A stretch of DNA of 64,000 bases from a virus (taxonomy: Duplodnaviria > Caudoviricetes): IMG/VR virus record IMGVR_UViG_3300046526_000553, positions 79,779-143,778 of that record; one strand, 5' to 3'. This document shows positions 9,648-20,025 of the stretch, piece by piece; the stretch's first letter is position 1; each line of letters begins with the position of its first letter. The position numbers and the translations under genes are program-made. Below the pieces are notes generated by a model that was given only the letters and a program-made list of their open reading frames with translations, made no database searches and was not told the origin of the DNA.

Positions 9648-9803
9648 GTATATAGGTACCCCATAATAATTCCTTGTAGGCTTGGTCATCCATATTGTAT
9701 TTAAGAAGCAGCCCGATAGCTTTCTTATCATTCCATGGGTTGTAGATGTCTTTATTACTTGCCACAGGATAGATGGTAACATATGGTATGATTATACACA
9801 AGC

Positions 9804-10211
9804 TTAAACCAGAACTTCTCTTCTAGCACCGGTCAGGGAATTGATATAGGCACTTTCATTACCTTCCCATGTCCAATGTTTGCATGGTTTCTCTTTTTGG
9901 CAACAAGAATAGCCTGTTTTTGGGTCTGGAGGTCTCGGGGTGAAAGGCTGTTCTGGGGTTGTGGATAAAGTTGGGGATAATTTAGATGGAATTGATGCAG
10001 TATTTTGTGGAAGTTTTAATCTTTCGGATAATTCTTTGAAAAAATATTCATTTTTAAGTAATTCATCTATCACGGCTTTTACTATTGGCTTGGTTTGTTG
10101 CATCTGCAGGTCTTGTTTTACTAATTCTTCTATATAACGGGACTTATTCGCCTTATTTTTGATGTAAACCCACATCTTTTCATCTAGTGTTATGCTCATT
10201 ACCTTCTTCAC
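9804..10211 (-). CDS. Ribbon-helix-helix-like DNA-binding protein with Cys/His tail
   Basis: MSITLDEKMW...NKSRYIEELV; architecture similar to 49353-49694. Confidence 0.55.
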   Translation of the reverse strand: MKKVMSITLDEKMWVYIKNKANKSRYIEELVKQDLQMQQTKPIVKAVIDELLKNEYFFKELSERLKLPQNTASIPSKLSPTLSTTPEQPFTPRPPDPKTGYSCCQKEKPCKHWTWEGNESAYINSLTGARREVLV

Positions 10212-11285
10212 TTGGCTATTATCCTTTCTTATCTGTTAATAATAGTAATTATAATAGTGAATTTGTTGGCTTGCAAGATATTGATGGAAAAACTTGGGAA
10301 TTTTGATTACGATACTTCGAGACATCTAACTCGTTCAAAAACCCGACTTCATTGTAGCGAACACACCCCCTTGCTTATACGTCAACTATATGTTTTATCA
10401 TGTATACTATACAACTGTTATGATAGTACGCAATATATGACATAACATGGCACATTATAAGGCGTTGTAAGCTGTTTTATTTTTGACAATGGTATAGGTA
10501 TACATCTATATACAATAGTATACAGTCGCACAAGCTACAGTGTACGACGTTGTATAATAATCTATAACAGAGGTGATACATTATTGCTACTACATTATAT
10601 ACCACTGATGATATACTTGTTGGTGTATAGAACTTGGGGTGTATAGCAATAAACTATAGTATATAATGCATTGCAAAATGTGCTTAATATGCTAATGCTT
10701 GTCTTGCGTTCCTGCATCAACATGTTAACAACCAACCCCAACTATACAACATAAAGCATTGATACTACAGATTGTATAGTATAGGGGGTGTACTGCCATG
10801 CTGTAACACGCCATGACATAGAGTACAATCAATCTAAGCTAACAATCAGACAAGCACAACAATGATACAATCAAGCGTGTAAATAAATGGTACTGACATG
10901 TAATGTATACAAAGTACTCTATTCAATGACGGTATATAGATTATAACAATGCTACCATGATACAGCATCAATCAACAGCACAACCTATAGCAACGGCGCT
11001 ACGCGCCGAATAAGCCACTATGTATTATTGTTAGCTTGCTATCATTACAATCACTCATGCTAGTGCTACACATAACTACTATGCTTACATAATCAACAAA
11101 TAATAAAGCTATTGTTATACAGTTCTATATATCAGTATCACTATTATGAGCGTAACATATCAACCATAGTACTTATGCATATTTAGTGATGATTGTTTGT
11201 GCTATCAGGTATGCAATACACTAGCGTATATTGTGCGACTCCCCATTTTTTATATACACATGAGATATAACCCATGCCAATTAAA

Positions 11286-11320
11286 AAAGCACTAGCTTTT
11301 ATACTCTAGTGCTTTTCTTT
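11286..11320. terminator. Bidirectional intrinsic terminator
   Basis: AAAAGCACTAG...CTAGTGCTTTT hairpin; similar hairpins near 11718, 12120, 13296, 14906, 15668, 15877, 16641 and 21602. Confidence 0.7.
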
Positions 11321-11321
11321 T

Positions 11322-11600
11322 CTATTTGCTATTACTGTATCTTTTAGCTAGTGTTCGTTCCCTATCTGCTTTTTTAAATTCTTTATTGCCCTGTACCAAT
11401 TTCCAGAATGCCCGCATCTGCTGTTTATCAAATTGATATAGGTTATTCAAGCTTGCGTATTCACCCGAGTGTCTATATTCATCTGATACCAGCCCATAAA
11501 CGCCCTTATGTGGTGCACAACCTTTATTCAAGTTTTTGCTTGAGCGGTCTAAGCGTTCGCTTAAGCCATCTTTTAGTTTAAACAATTCTGCTATTGTCAT
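11322..11600 (-). CDS. Hypothetical early protein
   Basis: Has its own promoter (11648-11676) and terminator. Confidence 0.7.
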   Translation of the reverse strand: MTIAELFKLKDGLSERLDRSSKNLNKGCAPHKGVYGLVSDEYRHSGEYASLNNLYQFDKQQMRAFWKLVQGNKEFKKADRERTLAKRYSNSK

Positions 11601-11764
11601 GTTTGCCCCTATCTTTTTACCCTTTAAATTGTTAAGTTACCTTAATAATTATATGATAACGCTAGTGTATATACAAGGTTTAATTTACAACTTGTGTATG
11701 TGCATAACCCATAACCAAAAAAGCGCCTTTCGGCGCTTGATTGCTTATTGTACCTTGCTTTTAA

Positions 11765-12025
11765 TCAGTCTTCCCAAACTGCGATATAAGTCATGTTATA
11801 CGGCTCAATATATGCGCTAGTCGCGCCCACTTCGATTGTGCAACCGCTAAACATTCGCATAATCTGGTTAAAATCATCTACATCCCCATCAACTTGCAAC
11901 GCTACCCCGTTTACAAAATAACCATCGAATTTACTTTTTGGCACTTGGCAAGCGATCACTACCTCGCGCCCGATTGTGTTATTAATCTTTTCTGCTACCC
12001 GATTTGTTAACATTGTTGCGTTCAT
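11765..12025 (-). CDS. Hypothetical early protein
   Basis: Has its own promoter (12065-12092) and terminator. Confidence 0.7.
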   Translation of the reverse strand: MNATMLTNRVAEKINNTIGREVVIACQVPKSKFDGYFVNGVALQVDGDVDDFNQIMRMFSGCTIEVGATSAYIEPYNMTYIAVWED

Positions 12026-12159
12026 AATTTTTTACCCTATCTTTTAATTGATGTTACAATAGTAATTATACACCAGCGTTATATATAAGCAAGGTTATTT
12101 TTACAATATACTTGTGCATAAAAAAAGCACTGTTTTTATTCCAGTGCTTTCTTAGTTTG

Positions 12160-12612
12160 CTAACTTACCCGCCAATAACCGTAAACACATCGCGTACCAT
12201 ATCTGCTACAATCATACGTGTCAAGCAACACCCCATCAATCACAGTTGCAACATGCTTTGATAATTTACAAATGATTATCCCGTTTGGTAGTTCGTCACT
12301 TCGTAAATGCGTTGTGCACCCTGTACCACGTGACATGAGCGGAACCCATGTAAACCCTAGTGCTTGCATGATGGCTTTTGTATCCTTTTTTTGTACACCT
12401 GTTCGCGCATTTGTGGTATGTCCACTAATGCCATAGTTACCCTTATTTTTAGCAAATCCGTTTACTAGCTCGTAAACTTCTTTATATGGTTTACCCGTTG
12501 CAATTGCAATTGCTCGTGTAACACAATCGCCAGTCGTGCCCTTGTATCCGGCTTGCTCGCGTCCCCCGTCGTTGTAACGGTGTTGTATACCTATGTTTAC
12601 AAATTCTTGCAT
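12160..12612 (-). CDS. Conserved phage protein with a Cys-His-Asp pattern (possibly papain-like fold)
   Basis: GDCVTRAIAIATG...HVATVIDGVLLDTYD. Confidence 0.65.
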   Translation of the reverse strand: MQEFVNIGIQHRYNDGGREQAGYKGTTGDCVTRAIAIATGKPYKEVYELVNGFAKNKGNYGISGHTTNARTGVQKKDTKAIMQALGFTWVPLMSRGTGCTTHLRSDELPNGIIICKLSKHVATVIDGVLLDTYDCSRYGTRCVYGYWRVS

Positions 12613-12673
12613 CCATACCCCTTTTTTATATGCACTTAGTTGTCAATCCTAGCGGTGTTATTATGTAGTCAAG

Positions 12674-12985
12674 CTACTTATTAATCTTAGTTACCGACAG
12701 GCTTTTATAAGTGTTAACGTACTTGCCATTTTGCCAATTCATGAAACGCCAATTTTGTGGACTTGTCCCGCAAGCCTCTATAAATTTGTGTTCATCAAAC
12801 TTGTGATATCGTTGCAAGCTATTACGCATCCCCAAGGTTAACCCCCAAAGCGTGTCAAGCTCTTTTGCTAAGTCTGCCCGCTCCTGATTATCGTATGATG
12901 CTTTGTGCATCCTATACACTGCTAATGTTGCTCGCGCTTCGCGTTCTATCACACCTGCAATTAATTCAAAGTCTTTTTTTGTCAT
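12674..12985 (-). CDS. MTKKD-family small phage protein
   Basis: MTKKDFELIA...FIEACG; paralog at 22523-22732. Confidence 0.7.
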   Translation of the reverse strand: MTKKDFELIAGVIEREARATLAVYRMHKASYDNQERADLAKELDTLWGLTLGMRNSLQRYHKFDEHKFIEACGTSPQNWRFMNWQNGKYVNTYKSLSVTKINK

Positions 12986-15223
12986 GTCTTTTGCTCCGTT
13001 CTGCTAAGACTGACAACTAAGTGCATATATTATTTTATTTAAATTGTTAAGTTTCATACTAGCGTTTTATGCTAGTATCTATAGGATACACCAGCATTAA
13101 AATTAACGCAAAGTTTAAATTACATCATGCTTGTGTATAACTCTGTATCTGTTAAGCATACATTTTACGACGTGCCATTTATTTATAATAACGCTCGTGT
13201 ATACATCTTTTTAATTTAAAACGCTTATATATGCCCTTTAATGCTAATTAAAGCATTTATCCCTAACATCTTATAGCGTGCTATTTTGAGCAATAAAAAA
13301 CGGGGCATTTCTGCCCCGCTCCTTAGTATCTGTTACTTTGCTTGTAATGATGTTCCCTTTTCCGTAGCTTCTTTTCAAGCGCGTGCAATTCGCTTAATAT
13401 CTGCTTGAGCTTGTCCAAGTCGCTCACGCTCGCATATGTACCGTTTTTAGCTGCATACTGCATATATGCGATATGGTTCGCCATTTCCTGCCCACTCACT
13501 TGATAGACACCCGTATATCACCCAGGTAACCATTTACTGTTTTTGTGCTCAAGTATTTTTTAATATCAATCATTTGATTATTACCTTATCACCACCGTTA
13601 ATTGATATTTGCGCTTGCCCCTTGCGGTTTAATGCTTTTCCAATTGACTCATATACAATTGATTCCGGCATTTTATACCCCTTTTATTTATTAGTTTGAT
13701 AAACCCTTAAGTATCATTAAACCCATTTAATAATGATACCCTTTCGACGCTCATACAAGCGCCGTAAGCATACCGCTAGTTAAATACCCCGATGTATCCA
13801 AGTATGATAAACGCGACTATTGCCCCGCCGATTAGCTCATACATGGATATTAGCTGTTTTTGTTTTTGCATTGTTTACATTCCCCGTTTATATGTTTTTT
13901 AAATATCCTTGCTAGTGCTATAGCATAAGCAATACCGATACTATACACCACAAGTAAGAAAATAACCATAGCAATATACATTTTGTTTACCCTTTCATTT
14001 TTTACCGATATATATGTTTATAGCCAGCAATATAATTTGCTTTTTGCCATTACAGCAAGTGGCACATAATTTTATCTCCTTATTATCTTATGCACTTGAT
14101 ACGCTCATACTTGACTAACGGTATTACTTTATTTGACGGTTATGTATTTTATTTCTGGTCTTTAAATGAATGCATCCACTCACTAAGTATTGTTCTAGCC
14201 TCGTACTTGTCCAATCCAAATTCATCCATAAGATACGGACTAGCGCCGAACATATTTGTTACACCGCTTTCCCGTAATTCATTTAAATAGTCAAAGTATT
14301 CTTGTTTTGTATCATTTGGCATGTTGACCTCAATTTCTTGTTAGTCAAGTATTAGCGCATAAGTTACATTTCAAATTGTTAAGTTTCGTATACAAGTATT
14401 CAACCTGTATTAATAACGACTATACACCAGCACAAATATAAAGCAAGCACTATTTTTATGACTTTTCCACAGGCCGTAAAAAGTGGGTCGTAAAATAATA
14501 TCACCCCAGTTAAAAACACGATATTTTGCGACGTTCAATAATTCTTACGCTTGTGTATGTGTATTCAACTTTCAATTTTAAACCTCTTACGCTTGAGCCG
14601 ACCCCTGTTAAATTTGTCATGTTATAATATACTTTTTATACCATATTACTATATATACAATAATGCTAGTATATGCAAAATGCATTGTATACATGGCTTT
14701 TTTATTTTAGTAACTATACATTTTAATTATTAAAGCTTTTTGCATTTTTTATGTTTTACCATAATAATCGCATATCATTAAATTATGATATATCATGTTT
14801 TTTAGTTTGCAGGTTCAATAATTGAGTCATTAAATAGTTTAATACATAAAGCTTATGCTTTTTCATGGTATGCCATAACTTGCCCATATGCATAATCAAG
14901 TATATAAAAATACCGGCTTGATTTGCCGGTATTTTATGTCTTTTAATACTTTTTATTTTTAAACTAATTTCTTAACTCGTATCACTTTTTTTGCACTCGT
15001 TAACGCAAGCATTAATTTTTTGGCTTCTTTTGCGCTCCCGCATTGCACCAGTTGCGCGGGCTGATGTGAGTTTACTATTACTTCATATAGGTGTTGCATC
15101 GTTTATTATTCCTTATTACTTATTGTCGGATATATAGCGTGTACTATTTGCTTATGCTTAATATACCATTTAACAGTTTTATAGCCCTTTTTACAGTCCA
15201 AACAGTTGTAATAGCTCATATTC

Positions 15224-15514
15224 TTACTTTACCTCTAGCCAACAATGTGCATCGATATTGTCATTACTACATAAAAATTCACTGCTTGTCAGATTTTCCA
15301 TATTATAGCACTTATCCCATGCTTTACTAGCTTTTGCTATCCAATCCCCAGTATTAGCAGTTTTATTATTATGCGCTTGCATGCATGCTTGATATGTAGC
15401 CCTATAATCTGATTGTGTAATAGCTTGAGCTTTTGGCGCTTCGTGCGCTATCAACCCCGCCGTTGCTAGTAATAACAAATAGCTACCACTTAATAACATT
15501 GTTGATATTTTCAT
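15224..15514 (-). CDS. Small secreted Cys-containing protein
   Basis: Signal-peptide-like N-terminus, 4 Cys; promoter at 15567-15595. Confidence 0.65.
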   Translation of the reverse strand: MKISTMLLSGSYLLLLATAGLIAHEAPKAQAITQSDYRATYQACMQAHNNKTANTGDWIAKASKAWDKCYNMENLTSSEFLCSNDNIDAHCWLEVK

Positions 15515-15967
15515 TTTTACCCCTTATTTTTAAATTGCTTTAGTATTATTTTTAATACCTGAGTATATCATAAGCCATTGCTAGTGTATAAGCAAGGGTT
15601 TTTTAAGCCATTTTAAGCCTGTTTAAGCGTAGTTTACTTACTACCCTGTGAATGTATCAAGTATACAAAAACGCCCCTTACGGGGCGCTTGTGGTAGTGG
15701 CTAGCTGTTAATCTTATCAAGCGGTTTTAGTACCCTGTTGATAAGTGTCAGATTATTATGCTTACACTTTACAGTAACAATGTACTATCATCATTACTGT
15801 ACTTACTATTATACGCTAGTCTGTACAAAATGTCAAGTATATTTTTAATAATCTTAAACAAAATACGAACAAAAATAAACCACCTATTATAGTGGTTTAT
15901 TGCCTTGACCTGATGCGACTAGCCTGGACGTGCCCCAAGGCGTCACGATAAGCCATTATACTAGTTT

Positions 15968-16315
15968 TTATTGATTAATCAAGTGTAACTTAATGCTTGA
16001 GTTATACCATGCTCGATAACCTGAATTTTGAAATATCTGGTATGCATACTTTGCATTATAATCAGGATTAAGCAACAGTTTTGCACTGGGGCGCGAATAA
16101 GCAAGTTTGCCGTATCGGTTCACTTGAAAACATGACCAACTATCATCATGTGTTATGTCACTGTATAGATGCGCGTTAGGGTTACCACCACTTTCAAGCA
16201 TCATAATATGTATTGCGTTTGTCCAGTATTTTTCTGGCCAATACTTTACAATCCCTGCAATGCAAGCGTTACGACTAGCCACCGATACACTAGTGATACG
16301 TTTACCCCGTATCAC
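15968..16315 (-). CDS. Lytic transglycosylase (SLT/lysozyme-like) domain
   Basis: IMMLESGGNPNA...SWSCFQVN...LLNPDYNAKYAYQI...AW. Confidence 0.8.
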   Translation of the reverse strand: MIRGKRITSVSVASRNACIAGIVKYWPEKYWTNAIHIMMLESGGNPNAHLYSDITHDDSWSCFQVNRYGKLAYSRPSAKLLLNPDYNAKYAYQIFQNSGYRAWYNSSIKLHLINQ

Positions 16316-16341
16316 TTGCTTGCTTTTTGGTATAGTGGCTA

Positions 16342-16521
16342 CTATTTTTTTATTGCGCTCAATTGTGCTTGTACTTGCTGATTAACTGTAACCTGTTGGC
16401 TTTTTTCGTAATGTATGCCAAGTGTAAAGCCGATTGCAAGCATTACCACTGTAAGCAATACCGCCGTTTTTACCTTTTCGACTATGTTTTTGATGTTTTT
16501 GTTGTTAGTGAAGTTTTTCAT
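16342..16521 (-). CDS. 59-aa single-TM protein; candidate frameshift partner of the SLT ORF
   Basis: MKNFTNNKNIKNIVEKVKTAVLLTVVMLAIGFTLGIHYEKSQQ...LSAIKK*; promoter at 16596-16624; ends ATA AAA AAA TAG. Confidence 0.7.
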   Translation of the reverse strand: MKNFTNNKNIKNIVEKVKTAVLLTVVMLAIGFTLGIHYEKSQQVTVNQQVQAQLSAIKK

Positions 16522-16871
16522 TTTTTTACCCTTTTTTTGTTTGTTATTGTTTTATTTGATATTTATTGTATATTTATGTTTTATACAACTTTTCTATAAT
16601 AGCATAGCGCTTGTGTATAGTCAAGCTTATTTTTGATATTAAAAAGCGCGACCCCCTTTTGATAGTCGCGCTTTAACTGTTATTTTGCTATTATTGCTTT
16701 TCGCCTTTTGCGTTGCTCCACTTCACGATATAAAACCCGCACAAAATATATTACAATCACTATATAGTACATATGATGTCCCGCTTGCTCAACTATTGCA
16801 ACAATTTTGTCACCTAGCATAACTTCAAGGACAATCACGTTTGCTAATTCGTCAAGCATTTAACCCCCTTT

Positions 16872-18892
16872 CTATTTGAACTGAGCGCGTCGTATCTGCT
16901 CCAGTGGGTCATTGCTATTAGCGTTAGCATTTTTGTGGTTTACCGCATGGGATAGCAAATCAATACATTCATGCCTTAACCGGTTTTCTAACTTTTGTAA
17001 TTCTATCCCTATCCCCGCATATGACATAACATTCCCGGCACCAATTATTATCGAACATGTTGTATTGTCCTTGGCTTCAAATGCAATTGCCAGTACACCA
17101 CCCGTGTAACTTTCCAATTCTTTATTGACTTTTTCCATTATTTCCGCTCGCTTTTCTTGTTTCATTTTTTCGAGTGCTTCGCGACCCCCGGAAAATGTAT
17201 CCCCACTATATTCCTTATGATTCACTTTTTTTGATTCGTCACTTGTGTTATTATTCTTTACCATATTTTTAAACTCCTGTAATTATTAATTAATACTAAC
17301 CATTTTGTTGCATAGGCTCGCCCCCTAACTTTACAATTACCTCAATCTGTTGACTTGAGCTATCAACAACAATACTTCTTATTACGCTTTGTCCCTGCTT
17401 GTCTTCAATTTCGTTTATCTTTTCAGCTAAATGATACACAAGCGGTCTTTCAAACATATTAAACATGCTTTTATCACGTCTTACAATTACCGGCTGCCAA
17501 CTCATGACACGACCCGCATTTTATTTATGTCTGCTCGCGCTTCAAGTAAATTAGAATAGCATCGCGACAAGTCAAAACGGCTTTGTATATTACCATTGTT
17601 GTCAACTTCAACAATCGTTACACCATATAGCCTATTGCTATTACCATACCCGCTTGAAAAGCCCGTCCCCGTGCTTAACTCATAGTACATTTTATTGTCA
17701 TTTTCTTTTGCTAATTCGCCATATTCTAGGATATTCGGTGTCATGAAATTAACACCGGCAAAAAAGCGCTTAATATCTAACATTCTCAAAATATACCCCT
17801 TTTCTAACTCGTGACGCTATCACGCCCTAAGCTTGTGATATTACCGTTTTTTGTAATATAACCATTATTTATTAAATTTTGGGCGCTTCGACCGTACCAG
17901 CCCTGCAAATTCCAACATACCCCCGTTTTTATCAAGTATGCCCATGCCTCTAATTCTTGTTCTGGGGATGGTTCAAAGTCTGCAAAGCCTTCGACAATCG
18001 AACAGGCTGCATAATTATCTAGTTTTAATTTTGCTTTATTCATTCTCTATATGCTCCTTATATAGTGTTATGTTTAAAATTGCCCTTTCTGGCATATTTT
18101 CAGCAACACATAATAAATGTATTGCTTTTTGCTTTGTATCAGCGGGGATAGAAAACTGTACAATCCCCTTATCATGTGAAACCGTTGCATGGTATATATT
18201 CACGGTTTACACCTTTTCGGCGCTTACTCGATATGCATTGTCTTTTATATCTGTTACGTAAGTATCCCCGTATTCCCATCCGCCATATGTAAACGGGGAC
18301 TTTACGGCACAATACCAGCGGGCATATTGTTTATTATCATCAACTTGCCACTTCTTAAGTACCCGCCATTCCCAACCTTGCCCGTTTTGCCATATCTCAT
18401 ATGGATTTTCAACAGGACGTGTTTTTGCTTGCGTATTTTTCATAATCGTTATGCTCCTTATGTTCAAACGCTCCAATTAATATTACTATTCAACTTCAAT
18501 GCATTTTCTAAAAACTCAATAAGCAAGTCTAAGTGCTCACGTGTGAACTTATCATTTTCGCTACTTAAGTTTTGTAATTGCTCACTTTCGTAGTCTTCAA
18601 AACTTAAATGCTCATATTTTGCAATGGCTTTTTTGGCTTCTTTTACCCGCTTGAGCAATTCAGTTATGCCCTTTTGGTTTAAGTCCCTATCTTTAGTAAA
18701 ATACCCCTTTTCTGTTGCTTCACTGTCAAACTGCCACCAGCTATAAGTTTTCCCTAGCGTGGCACTTAATACCGCAAAAAGTCCATAGCTGTTATATGCA
18801 TCTCGAAAATAGCCACTTTCAACAGCTTTTTTACTTACTTCAAAGCCACCAGCAGGATTTTTTGCCTTAATTAGTGTTAAGTCTGCCCCCAT
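16872..18892 (-). other. Operon of small early hypothetical genes (16872-17264, 17296-17505, 17502-17789, 17804-18043, 18207-18443, 18464-18892)
   Basis: Co-oriented ORFs, most with AAGGAG or AAGGGG RBS, downstream of a boxed promoter near 19060. Confidence 0.7.
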
Positions 18893-19167
18893 ACTTTATG
18901 CTCCTTAATTATTATATGTTTACAAAATTCCTGTTTCGACCAATACCGCTACCCCAAGTAATACGGCTGCAATTGCTAGTATTACATCTGTTGTATACGT
19001 TGCAAATTTATCGAAATCCATTTGTACCCTTTCATTTGTTAAATTAATATTACCCCTTAACTATACACCAGCGATATATCATAGCAACGTTTAAAATACA
19101 ATAATTTTTTACCCCTGTTAACTGTTCATAACTTGACTTCTCAATCTGTTAAAGTTAAAATAATTTT

Positions 19168-19413
19168 ATGCCAGGTTTGAAAAAGCGCAAAAAACAATCT
19201 TTAAAAACTTTCAATTTTAAACAGCTAGCACGTAAAAGAGTATTTCTAGCCCTTAATCGGGGTAGAATTACAAAATTAAGCTGTGAAGTATGTAACGACC
19301 CTGATACGCAAGCGCATCATAACAATTACAATAAACCCCTTGAGATTAGATGGTTATGCAAAAAACATCACTACCAATTGCATAAAGTTATGAGAGAATT
19401 ACTAAAAAAATAA
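19168..19413 (+). CDS. Small HNH-like Zn protein
   Basis: CEVC...AHHNNYNKPLEIRWLCKKHH. Confidence 0.75.
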   Translation: MPGLKKRKKQSLKTFNFKQLARKRVFLALNRGRITKLSCEVCNDPDTQAHHNNYNKPLEIRWLCKKHHYQLHKVMRELLKK

Positions 19414-19574
19414 AATCAAGTGTAGAATTTACACCAGCGTTGCCACCTCTGTTGCCACCTCTGTTAAATGCTTGTGTACAAAATATATAATCGGCGTATA
19501 ATTATAAGATGTAATACTGAGGTATAGCATAAGTATTATACGTAACATTATTGCTATTTTTACGAAAGGAGTTT

Positions 19575-20025
19575 TAAAAATTAAAAACCTCGAAAATGTG
19601 AAAAGTCAAATTTTTAAAGCTCATTTACTATAGTACGAAATTTTTTTGACCTCGATAATGCAAGTCTGAAATTTTTTGCAGTACATTATTTTCGATACGG
19701 AAAATTTTGCAGTACCAAATTTTTGAACCTTAATTTTTTTGACCTCATAATTTTAAAATCCAAATTTAAAAACCTACGAAAAATTGAAAATCAATTTTGA
19801 AAAGCTACCAAATTTCGTAACGCGATTTTTTTGAGCTACCAAATTTTCAATTTTAATTTTCAATACCTGCAAAATACAAATCCAGATTTTTTTTGACCTC
19901 TAAAATTCGCGACCAGAAAAAAATCGAGTACCAAAATTCACATCGTGAAATTTTTGCACCTCATAATTTTGCAAGTCAAATTTTTAAAGCTGTATTTTTT
20001 ACAGCTAAAATTTGAAAAGCTCATA
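19575..20025. repeat. Degenerate tandem array with 30-31 bp period, 15 units
   Basis: ACCT/AGCT/AGTA cores at 19587, 19618, 19649, 19680, 19711, 19742, 19772, 19803, 19834, 19865, 19896, 19927, 19958, 19988 and 20018, each preceded by an A/T tract. Confidence 0.85.

Larger units (their letters stand above)
6303..9660 (-). mobile_element. IS1595-family transposon carrying passenger genes (tIS)
   Basis: 26-bp imperfect TIRs: 6303-6328 GGTACCTATATACTTTATCAACCCAA and the reverse complement of 9635-9660 GGTACCTATATACTTGACAAACCCAA (23/26 match); transposase at the right end; GC higher than the flanks; no TSD seen. Confidence 0.88.

Noticed and set aside
19575-20025. CRISPR array or coding region
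   Set aside because: The only conserved part is a 4-5 bp core plus an A/T tract; overlapping ORFs at 19945-20420 are low-complexity artefacts
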